Assembly: GCA_041918175.1 (NCBI GenBank)
Contig: JAYRWE010000039.1
Coordinates: forward strand, 50,547-114,546
Direction: 5' to 3'
DNA from: a bacterium
Lineage (GTDB): Bacteria; Zhuqueibacterota; Zhuqueibacteria; Zhuqueibacterales; Zhuqueibacteraceae
DNA: 64,000 nt
The position numbers and the translations under genes are program-made. The notes under the pieces are model-generated. The model worked only from the letters and a program-made list of their open reading frames with translations, was not told the DNA's origin and did not search any database. Of this stretch, positions 17,847 through 25,293 are shown in pieces (position 1 is the stretch's first letter; every line of letters starts with the position of its first letter).

Positions 17847-18773
17847 TTATTCCTTTCCGTGCGTTTGCAAAGAATCGGGCAACGGCACATAGCCGACATC
17901 CGCAAGAACTTTTTGGCCGGTCGCGGAGCGAATCCAGTTCAAGTAATCGTGCATCACGCCGGTCGGCTCGCCGAGCGAATACATGAACAGCGGGCGCGCG
18001 ATGGGATAAGTTTTCGCAAGTGTGGTTTCAATGGTGGGAGGAAAGGAAGCGTCGCCGGCTTTCTTCGAGACGGATAACATTTTGACCTCAGGCGTGTGAT
18101 AGCCGAGGCCGCTATAACCAATCGCGCACGCCGTGTGCGCCACGAGATCGACAACGTCTTTGGAACCGTTCATATCGCGCGAGCCGAGCGCAAAGTCGCG
18201 CGACTTGCCAAGAATGGCTTCGCGAAAATATTCATACGTGCCGGAGTTGGATTGGCGGCTCACGCGGATGATCTCATCGCTGTCGCACCCAGGCACAGTC
18301 ACACCGAGCTGCGACCATTTAGAGATCGTTCCGCCCTCACCGTAAATAGCGGCAAGCTGCTCTAACGAAATCTCTGTGAGCGGATTGTCTTTATGCACAT
18401 AAACTGCGAGCGCATCATAGCCCACCAGAAACTCTTGCGGCGTTTTGCCGGTGTTTTGCTTGGCGCGTTCGATTTCATCTGCATGCATTTCGCGGCTGCA
18501 ATTGGCAATGTCAACCGTGCCCGCGATCAACGCCGCGATGCCGGTGCCCGATCCGCCGCCGGAAACTTCCACCGATACGCCTGGCACAACCGTTTTATAC
18601 TCTTCGGCCCATGCCTGCGCGACATTGACCATCGTGTCAGAACCGGAGTTTTGAATAATCGACGATTCGGATTGTTGCTGTGCGGCGTCTTCTTTTTTGC
18701 CGCAACTCAAAGCGAGGAAGGTGAAAAAAAAGCAGGCAACACGCAACATAGAGCGGTGAGAACGTAACGACAT
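17847..18773 (-). CDS. pstS: Phosphate-binding lipoprotein PstS
   Basis: 308 aa with lipoprotein signal FLALSCG and PBP motifs GSGGGSGTG and SRQSNSGTYEYF. Confidence 0.9.
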   Translation of the reverse strand: MSLRSHRSMLRVACFFFTFLALSCGKKEDAAQQQSESSIIQNSGSDTMVNVAQAWAEEYKTVVPGVSVEVSGGGSGTGIAALIAGTVDIANCSREMHADEIERAKQNTGKTPQEFLVGYDALAVYVHKDNPLTEISLEQLAAIYGEGGTISKWSQLGVTVPGCDSDEIIRVSRQSNSGTYEYFREAILGKSRDFALGSRDMNGSKDVVDLVAHTACAIGYSGLGYHTPEVKMLSVSKKAGDASFPPTIETTLAKTYPIARPLFMYSLGEPTGVMHDYLNWIRSATGQKVLADVGYVPLPDSLQTHGKE

Positions 18774-18852
18774 TTCCTTCTCCTGTTTGATGAAAAGCTA
18801 TTGACTAAACGTGCAGTGATTTTTTCTCCATGTTATCGTCCTGAAAATGAGA

Positions 18853-19953
18853 TTAATTTTTCTCGTCTCCTAAAATTGCTTCCACCAAATTGCGAATATT
18901 CACATCGAGAAATTGGAAGGTCTTCTCATAGGTCTGTTGCACTTCTTGCGGGGAGCCTTGCGTGGTGGAGGGATCCTCCACCTCCCATGAGATCGCAACC
19001 GTCTTGGTTGGCGCGGGCGGAAAGGCTTGCTCTGCCTCGTCACTCAACGCCACGATCACTTGATAGTGATCCAAATTTGGAATCTGCGTGATGGTCTTGG
19101 CGTAATGACGCGAGGCATTGATGCCTTTGTCTTGTAGAAACTGCAACGTGCGACCATCAACCGTGCTGGGCTTCATGCCCGCGCTGCTAAACACGAATTT
19201 CGAAAGCCCGAGCGCGTTGCCGATGCCCTCCGCCATCTGGCTGCGGCTGGAGTTGCCGTCGCCCACAAAGAGCACGCGAAACACTTCTGTGCCGCGATGC
19301 TTTTGATACTCCCCTGTGCACATATACAAAACTTCTTCGCAAATATTGCATGCTTGATCCGCCACGCGTTCAAAGCGGCTCGCCATGATCGTCAAGGGAG
19401 CCAAAGCTTCGGAAGGCAGTTTGTCCTGCTCGCGTTGGGTGACTAAATCGGCGTGAATGCGATTGCGAATGCCGTCGACCACGGTTTCCTTTTCCATGGT
19501 CTTGCGCGCCAAATCCACGTTTTGATTCACGAACGCTTGCAGCGCATCATGCAGCATGGGAATGGCGAGATCGGCAATCTCGACATACTTTGCATACACT
19601 GGTTGATAATTCAGCGAATTGATTTTGAGGAAATGCCGCGCGATGCTCTCCGCGTAATCGCCGATGCGTTCGAGTTCATTGTTGATTTTGATCACAGCAT
19701 AAACGAAACGCAAATGACCCGCCACCGGAAGCTGGCGCACGAGAAACTCCAAGCAAAGGCGATCCAACTCTTTCTCCGCTTCGTCAATGTATTGATCGCG
19801 CAAGATCACGGAGTAAGCGAGCGTGCGATTGTTCTCCACCATCGCGCGCAAACTATGCTGCAACGCCAACTCCGCGAGCGTGCCCATCTCGATCACTTTG
19901 CTGCGGATGAGGTCGATGTTCTTTTGTAAATTTTCTTCTAATTGTAAAGCCAT
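18853..19953 (-). CDS. phoU: PhoU-family regulator fused to a cysteine-less ArsC/LMW-PTP-like domain
   Basis: ORF 18853..19986 trimmed to ATG 19953 (AAGGAG upstream). There are two PhoU repeats (..QLPVAGHLRFVYAVIKINNELERIGDYAESIA.. and ..MASRFERVADQACNICE..). The C-terminal segment RVLFVGDGNSSRSQMAEG...VFSSAG...VIVALSDEAEQAFP...SWEVEDPS is collinear with B. subtilis ArsC (IYFLCTGNSCRSQMAEG...VYSAG...VVTLCGDAADKCP...HWGFDDPA). Confidence 0.85.
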   Translation of the reverse strand: MALQLEENLQKNIDLIRSKVIEMGTLAELALQHSLRAMVENNRTLAYSVILRDQYIDEAEKELDRLCLEFLVRQLPVAGHLRFVYAVIKINNELERIGDYAESIARHFLKINSLNYQPVYAKYVEIADLAIPMLHDALQAFVNQNVDLARKTMEKETVVDGIRNRIHADLVTQREQDKLPSEALAPLTIMASRFERVADQACNICEEVLYMCTGEYQKHRGTEVFRVLFVGDGNSSRSQMAEGIGNALGLSKFVFSSAGMKPSTVDGRTLQFLQDKGINASRHYAKTITQIPNLDHYQVIVALSDEAEQAFPPAPTKTVAISWEVEDPSTTQGSPQEVQQTYEKTFQFLDVNIRNLVEAILGDEKN

Positions 19954-19957
19954 GTGG

Positions 19958-20428
19958 TCAAAGCTCCTTGCCTGAGGGCAAATCAATCACTATTCCGATG
20001 CACTCACGATTTTGCCATGCTTTTTGAAAAGTATCAAGCGAGAGATGGATTTCTTCGCCTCGCGCCGGATCAATAAAAATAACGACGTTTTCTTCAAAGC
20101 CATTTACAACGACGGCGTGGGTTCCTCTTTGTCCTTGAGCATAAGGCAGATACTTCACGCTCAAAAAGACAACAACAGGTTGATTCCGTCGAATGCATTT
20201 AATCAACTCATTAAAATCTGCGTGCTCAAAAACGGTTGCCGAGAAGCCCAACCCTGAAATTCCCTCAAAGGCTTCGTATTGATCTATCCCTATTGGCGTC
20301 GCTTGGCATGCTTGTACTATCTCGCTCTCAGGCAGGTCGATTCCAAAAGACTTGAGCACGATTCGAATGCACGCCGGAACACATGTGAAATCTTGCTCCT
20401 GCTTGAGCAGTGGCAGAACAATTTTCAC
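19958..20428 (-). CDS. Stand-alone C39-like (papain-fold) cysteine peptidase
   Basis: 156 aa with a GTG start 20428-20426. QEQDFTCVPACIRIVLKSFG (Cys box) and GTHAVVVNGFEENVVIFIDPARGE (His ... DP) match the order and spacing of peptidase C39 catalytic motifs. There is no ABC or transmembrane part. Confidence 0.6.
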   Translation of the reverse strand: MKIVLPLLKQEQDFTCVPACIRIVLKSFGIDLPESEIVQACQATPIGIDQYEAFEGISGLGFSATVFEHADFNELIKCIRRNQPVVVFLSVKYLPYAQGQRGTHAVVVNGFEENVVIFIDPARGEEIHLSLDTFQKAWQNRECIGIVIDLPSGKEL

Positions 20429-20787
20429 CGGTAATTGCTCTTCATTTTTTGCGGACTATCTGATTCTTCAGGTAGAAGCTGGCCATCCCGAGAAAAAGTC
20501 AAGAAGCCGACGGTTTCATCGCGATAGGATAAAACGACCTCGGCGTGCCATTTTCCGTTTTTAAATACGGGCGTTTTAACGGCGGTCGCGTCACCGACGT
20601 ATTTCACCAAATACGTGCATGCTATGTCATCGATCTCATCCGCCGTCAACTCCTGCGGGCGAAGCAGCAATCTGCCATTATCTTTTTTCAGGAAAATTCT
20701 CGCATCCTCTTGCCAACCTAACTGGGCAAAAACTTCCAGCGGAACTACCATAGCATTGTCTCGAACTTCGCCGGTGAATGCGTTCAT
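20425..20787 (-). CDS. AbrB/SpoVT-like N-terminal domain protein with an uncharacterised beta-rich C-terminal domain
   Basis: ORF 20425..20826 trimmed to ATG 20787 by alignment with its paralogue. MNAFTGEVRDNAMVVPLEVFAQLGWQEDARIFL is a swapped-hairpin (AbrB/MazE) type N-terminus. Its stop TGA overlaps the GTG of the C39-like gene (GTGA). Confidence 0.65.
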   Translation of the reverse strand: MNAFTGEVRDNAMVVPLEVFAQLGWQEDARIFLKKDNGRLLLRPQELTADEIDDIACTYLVKYVGDATAVKTPVFKNGKWHAEVVLSYRDETVGFLTFSRDGQLLPEESDSPQKMKSNYR

Positions 20788-21154
20788 GATGCACCTGCTT
20801 TCATAAAGGAGTGAATCTGAGGGCAATCGCCTCAGTGCGATTATCTGCTCCCTTTCATTCCACTTTCCAGCTATGCCACCCCCAATTCCTTCTCCACTTC
20901 TTCCACAGACTTGCTTTTTCCTTTGGCCGTTTTGCGCCGCTCTGCCAAGAATTTCAGCAAGCGTTTGTTTTGGGCGGTTCGTTTAACCTCTTCACCAAAA
21001 TCTGGACTGTTGCCTACATCAAAAGCTTCCGATTTTCTGATCGAGGTCGATACGTACCGTTGCCGTGGGCAAAAGATCGATTTTATACATTACGCGATCA
21101 TGAGCATTTTGCAAATGAGAGTTGCATAAGCTCTCATTTGCAGTTTCATCTTTT

Positions 21155-21967
21155 CTACTTCCCCGCGAAATTCGCCTTCCTCTTCTCCACATAAGCCGAC
21201 AAGCCTTCTTTCGCGTCTTCGCTTTGGAAGAGCTGCTGTTGCAACTCGCGCTCAATAGCGAGGCTTTCGCTGAAGGGCACTTCCGCGCCGGATTGCACCG
21301 ATCGTTTGATCAAGCCCACGGCTTTCGAAGCTTTGTTGGGCGGAACGAACTGCCCTGCATATTCTAAGACTTTTTCCCAAAAACCTTCGGCGGCATAGAC
21401 GTGATTCACAATGCCCATTTGCTCCGCTTCTTCGAACTCGAATGTGCGACCCGTGGTCATCAACTCAATCGCGCGCGCTTTGCCCACGAGTCGCGCGAGG
21501 CGTTGCGTGCCGCCGGTGCCGGGCAATACGCCGAGCGCGACTTCCGGCAAACCGATTTTGCCGCCGCCTTTTTTCGCAATGCGAATGTCCGCGGCCATTG
21601 CGATTTCCAAGCCGCCGCCGACGCAGTGGCCGTTGAGCGCCGCGATCACCAACTTGGGCGTTTGCTCCAAGCGCGTCAACGTTTCATTCGCATGCAAACA
21701 GAAAAAGTATTTGAAGCGCGGCGTCACGCGTTGCAGCATGCTGATGTTCGCGCCCGCGCAGAAAAATTTCTCGCCCGCGCCGCGAATGATGATCACGTGC
21801 GCGCTGTCGTCCATGCGCGCCTGCAAAATCGCCGCATCGAGGTCTTGCATCATTTCATACGTGTATGTGTTTGCCGGGGGATCGCTGAGTTCGAGAATCG
21901 CAAAACCGTTTTGCGAAGAGTAATTCACCAGTTTACCAGCCATTGCCAAGCTCCTTTCTGAAACCAT
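21155..21967 (-). CDS. Enoyl-CoA hydratase/isomerase (crotonase) family
   Basis: 270 aa with crotonase motifs FCAGANI, NGHCVGGGLEIAMAADIRIA and LPEVALGVLPGTGGTQRL. An alternative start is ATG 21943. Confidence 0.9.
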   Translation of the reverse strand: MVSERSLAMAGKLVNYSSQNGFAILELSDPPANTYTYEMMQDLDAAILQARMDDSAHVIIIRGAGEKFFCAGANISMLQRVTPRFKYFFCLHANETLTRLEQTPKLVIAALNGHCVGGGLEIAMAADIRIAKKGGGKIGLPEVALGVLPGTGGTQRLARLVGKARAIELMTTGRTFEFEEAEQMGIVNHVYAAEGFWEKVLEYAGQFVPPNKASKAVGLIKRSVQSGAEVPFSESLAIERELQQQLFQSEDAKEGLSAYVEKRKANFAGK

Positions 21968-22218
21968 TCGTGGGGACGTATTCCGGCGCTATGCGTGCCG
22001 TTTTCTATTTTGTCGAGATTAAAAAATACGCGCGAGGTTTTTATGCAGCGTGCTTAGATAGTCAAAAAATGCGTGAATGTCAAGGCCGCGAGCGGCTTAA
22101 TGACGGTTGCAGTGGGATGAAAAAACATGCGGAGGGATTTTTAAAATGTTTGCTTGAGGCGAACCGGGTTTGCGGAAGATGAGCTGCTGCAAGAGCGTTC
22201 GTTTTGAAAACTTCAAAG

Positions 22219-22644
22219 TCATTGGCTCCCATGAAGATGTTCCGTCAGCGCGTTCCACGGCAACAAGACACACGCAATACGCGCCGGAAATTCATTGACA
22301 CCTGCAAACGCATTCAACTCGCCCAAGCCTGTAATCGGTTTGGACGGCGAGACGAAGAGCGCGCGAAACGAAGTGAGCAATTCGCGCGTTTGAGCAAGGG
22401 TTTGATCTTTCACTGCAACCGTCATCATCGAAGCCGAGGCAAGACTCAAAGCGCAGCCCCAACTCTCGAATTTGATCTCTTGAACTTTGCGCGCCGCGCT
22501 CAGTTCGACATACAACTCGATATGATCGCCACACGAAGGATTTTCATGTCGCAGGCGCACTGCGTCGCTGTTCAACTTGCCGAAGTTGCGCGGATTCTTA
22601 TAATGATCGAGAATTAGATTTTGATACAGCGCTTCGAGCGGCAT
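22219..22644 (-). CDS. Second SufU/IscU-like Fe-S scaffold paralogue
   Basis: ORF trimmed to ATG 22644 (MPLEALYQNLILDHYKNPRNFG). The three SufU cysteines are present: NPSCGD, WGCALSLASASMM and FPARIACVLLPW. Confidence 0.8.
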   Translation of the reverse strand: MPLEALYQNLILDHYKNPRNFGKLNSDAVRLRHENPSCGDHIELYVELSAARKVQEIKFESWGCALSLASASMMTVAVKDQTLAQTRELLTSFRALFVSPSKPITGLGELNAFAGVNEFPARIACVLLPWNALTEHLHGSQ

Positions 22645-22658
22645 ATTCAGCGCGCAGG

Positions 22659-23209
22659 TTAACGTGAACGCTTCTTGAAAATTTCTGCAACCTTGCAAGT
22701 GAAGCCGGGCAGCACGATGGAAAAATCCAACGTCATCGTTTCTAGCAGGGTCTCAGATTTTTGAGGTGAGCGATAAACCGCGACCGAACGAGTTTTGGGA
22801 TCGACCACTAACACGAGCTTTGAGCCGTTGGTAAAGTATTCGACGATCTTTTCTTTCAGCTTTTTCTGCCGTTCGCGTGGCGAAAGCACTTGGACTGCAA
22901 TATCCGGCGCGAAGTAGCCGAAGCCTTCGGGTTCGATACCACCTGAAAACGCGTGCTCAAGACAACAGACAAATCCGGCGAGAGCAAATTGCCGCTGACC
23001 ATGCGATAACCGGCGCTAGAGCCATAGACTTCTGCAAGGGGAACTTGGTCGAGATATTTGCCGATAAGATATCCAAGATGCGCCGCAATTTTTCCTCGAA
23101 GCATCGTGCCGGGACTTTTGACCAACTCCCCATCGATAAGCTCGTATTTGTAGCCGTCCTTCGGCAAACTCAACAACTCCTCGTCGGTCATGAAGGCTTT
23201 CGTAGTCAT
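22659..23209 (-). pseudogene. Uma2-family (DUF820) endonuclease gene with a 1-nt frameshift
   Basis: ORF 22856..23209 carries the N-terminal Uma2 part (YKYELIDGELVKSPG...LLSPDLSVVLS). ORF 22659..22889 and its upstream extension carry the C-terminal part in another frame (GIEPEGFGYFAPDIAVQVLSPRERQKKLKEKIVEYFTNGSKLVLVVDPKTRSVAVY). The frames meet at the A4 run 22946-22949 (T-run on the coding strand). Confidence 0.8.
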
Positions 23210-23267
23210 GGTCGAGCCACCCGCAAAGATTTTTTCGTTGCTGCTTTATTCGTTGCCCAAAAAAGTT

Positions 23268-23822
23268 TTACTGTTGCGCAAAACGCGGAATCGTCGAACC
23301 GCACGCCACCGCATGCGATAGTTGCGCATATGCTTCGGCGCTGATTGCCGGTCCTTTGCGCGTGCAATGTTGTTCGAAAAGTTTTTTCAGCGCACTCGCA
23401 ATCATCGTGTCGGGCCGTCCTTCGATCTCGCGGCGATGCATGACGTAGATTGGTTTGCCGTTTTTGAACAAAGCCATCGCAGGCGAAGAAGGCGGCACTT
23501 CCGCGAGGTACGTGCGCCGCACATGCTCCACTGCGGCGCGATCTTGTCCAGCAAACACCGTGACGAAACGATCGGGAATCGTGTGATGCTGCAACGCCAG
23601 CGTCGCGCCAGGTCGCGCGCTGCCCGCGGCGCAACCGCAAACCGAATTGACCATGAGCAAAATCGTTTCGTTGTTTTGCGCGGATAGAGTTTGATCCACC
23701 TGCTCCGGCGTGAGCAATTCTTCAAAGCCCGTGGCCGTTAATTCATCGCGCATCGGCTGCACGGCGCGGGGATCATACATCGGTGGCAAGTTATCGTTGA
23801 TATGAATGTTCAAATTGCGCAT
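23268..23822 (-). CDS. Bacilliredoxin (BrxA/BrxB, DUF1094 family) with a C-terminal extension
   Basis: MYDPRAVQPMRDELTATGF...VNSVCGCAAGSARP...TVFAGQDRAAV...PSSPAMALFKNGKPIYVMHRREIEGR is collinear with B. subtilis YphP (INSTCGCAAGLARP, TVFAGQDKEAT, PSSPSYALFK). About 30 extra residues follow the family end. Confidence 0.85.
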   Translation of the reverse strand: MRNLNIHINDNLPPMYDPRAVQPMRDELTATGFEELLTPEQVDQTLSAQNNETILLMVNSVCGCAAGSARPGATLALQHHTIPDRFVTVFAGQDRAAVEHVRRTYLAEVPPSSPAMALFKNGKPIYVMHRREIEGRPDTMIASALKKLFEQHCTRKGPAISAEAYAQLSHAVACGSTIPRFAQQ

Positions 23823-23834
23823 ACAAAATTCTCC

Positions 23835-24161
23835 TTAAAAAAATCCGAGTTCAAGTTTCGCGGCTTCGCTCATCATCGTTGGGTTCCATTGCGGCTCCCA
23901 CACGAGTTCCACTTTCGCATCCGTGACGCCAGGCACGGCTTTGACTTTTGATTCAACTTCCAGCGGCAAAATGCCGGCAACCGGACACGCAGGCGAAGTC
24001 AGCGTCATGCGAATGTGCGCCTGCTGCGCTTCGTTCAAATCAACATTATAAACCAAACCCAATTCATAGATGTTGACCGGAATTTCCGGATCGTAGCAGG
24101 TTTGCAAAGCCCTGATGATGTCTTCGCGCAGAGGGTTGGGGGAGTCGTTGTTATTTTCCAT
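23835..24161 (-). CDS. sufT: SufT / DUF59 (MIP18-family) Fe-S assembly protein
   Basis: ORF trimmed to ATG 24161. CYDPEIPVNIYELGLVY...MTLTSPACPVAG is the DUF59 core. Confidence 0.8.
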   Translation of the reverse strand: MENNNDSPNPLREDIIRALQTCYDPEIPVNIYELGLVYNVDLNEAQQAHIRMTLTSPACPVAGILPLEVESKVKAVPGVTDAKVELVWEPQWNPTMMSEAAKLELGFF

Positions 24162-24186
24162 ACGAACATCAAAAATTTTTGAGGGG

Positions 24187-24573
24187 TCAATCAAAAAGTG
24201 GAACTGGATAGGATCTTATCATATCATCAACCGTAACGAGGTTGAAATCGTGTACGATCGTTTGACAAACAAGCATGCGATCAAACGGGTCGCGATGTAA
24301 CGAGGGCAACTTGACGAGGTGAGCAACACTCGCTTCGTCCAATATGAGACTTGAAATTTGATGATGCTCACGTTGAACTGGCAAATAAATTTCTGGAGAT
24401 TCGGGTAATGGCAGCTTTCCGAGTTGATACTTGATGATTGCTTCCCACACAGACACAACGCTCAGATAAACTTCATTGGAAGAGTCTTTTATGGCATCGC
24501 GTTTCGAGTTGTCGAGCCGCTCATCTTTGCTGATGTACCATAGAAAGATGTGGGTGTCGAGAAGTAGCTTCAT
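24187..24573 (-). CDS. vapC: PIN-domain toxin VapC
   Basis: 128 aa with MKLLLDTHIFLWY... and C-terminal DPFDRMLVCQ, typical of PIN VapC. Confidence 0.85.
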   Translation of the reverse strand: MKLLLDTHIFLWYISKDERLDNSKRDAIKDSSNEVYLSVVSVWEAIIKYQLGKLPLPESPEIYLPVQREHHQISSLILDEASVAHLVKLPSLHRDPFDRMLVCQTIVHDFNLVTVDDMIRSYPVPLFD

Positions 24574-24824
24574 CGCCCTTCAAATTCCTGTAAGATATTT
24601 TCCGGCAGCGGCGCGTCGAAATCATCAGGCACGATAAATTGGCCCGCGCATAAACCGTAGGGGCGAGGTTTAGTTTGCGCGACTGGAATAGGCTTTATTT
24701 CAGCAACGGGCTGGCCCGCTTTCAATACGACAAACATTTCTCCGGCTTCGACACGTTGAAATAGAATTGCCACATCACGTTTTGCTTCCTCAAAGCCGAT
24801 TTGAGTCATCGTTTGAGCTTTCAT
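24570..24824 (-). CDS. Phd/YefM-like antitoxin of the VapC
   Basis: 84 aa, overlapping vapC by 4 nt. The N-terminal Phd-like fold signature is (EAKRDVAILFQRVEAGEMFVVLKAGQPVAEI) and the tail is DDFDAPLPENILQEFEG. Confidence 0.75.
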   Translation of the reverse strand: MKAQTMTQIGFEEAKRDVAILFQRVEAGEMFVVLKAGQPVAEIKPIPVAQTKPRPYGLCAGQFIVPDDFDAPLPENILQEFEGR

Positions 24825-24840
24825 AATAACCTCACGTTCT

Positions 24841-25293
24841 TCACTCCGTCGAAGCCACGCTTCCGCCTTCGGCCAACGCCGCGCTCATCGTGTGCCACGC
24901 GAGGCTCGCGCATTTCACGCGCAGCGGAAACTCGCGCACGCCCGCGAAGATGGCGAGCTTGCCCAAGCCGTCGAGATCGGGTTCCGCGGCATTGCTGCTC
25001 GTGACCAAGTGCTGAAATTTTTCGAAGAGGTGCTTGGCATCAACCACAGACTTGCCTTTCAACTCCGCGGTCATCAAAGAAGCCGAAGCCTTCGAAATCG
25101 CGCAGCCCGAGCCTTCGAAACTCACGTCGCGAATACGGCCATCTTCCACTTGCAGATACAAATTAATATGATCGCCGCACAACGGATTGTAACCTTCCGA
25201 CGTGTGATTGGCGCACGCAAGCTTGCCATAGTTCTTCGGATTCTTGTTGTGATCAAGAATCACTTCTTGATACAGTTCACGCAGATCGTCCAT
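24841..25293 (-). CDS. sufU: SufU Fe-S scaffold / sulfur acceptor
   Basis: 150 aa with NPLCGDHINLYL, GSGCAISKASASLMT and FPLRVKCASLAW. Its start overlaps the sufS stop by 1 nt (TAATG). Confidence 0.9.
   Translation of the reverse strand: MDDLRELYQEVILDHNKNPKNYGKLACANHTSEGYNPLCGDHINLYLQVEDGRIRDVSFEGSGCAISKASASLMTAELKGKSVVDAKHLFEKFQHLVTSSNAAEPDLDGLGKLAIFAGVREFPLRVKCASLAWHTMSAALAEGGSVASTE

Noticed and set aside
15121-18077. + strand ORFs of 257, 177 and 345 aa across pstB/pstA/pstC/pstS
   Set aside because: They are antisense shadows of the pst genes. The same phenomenon gives the + ORFs over the thiolase, PLP lyase, ALDH, sufS/D/C/B, the giant T9SS gene (for example 38299..39423), the PDO gene, the ABC genes and the MATE gene.
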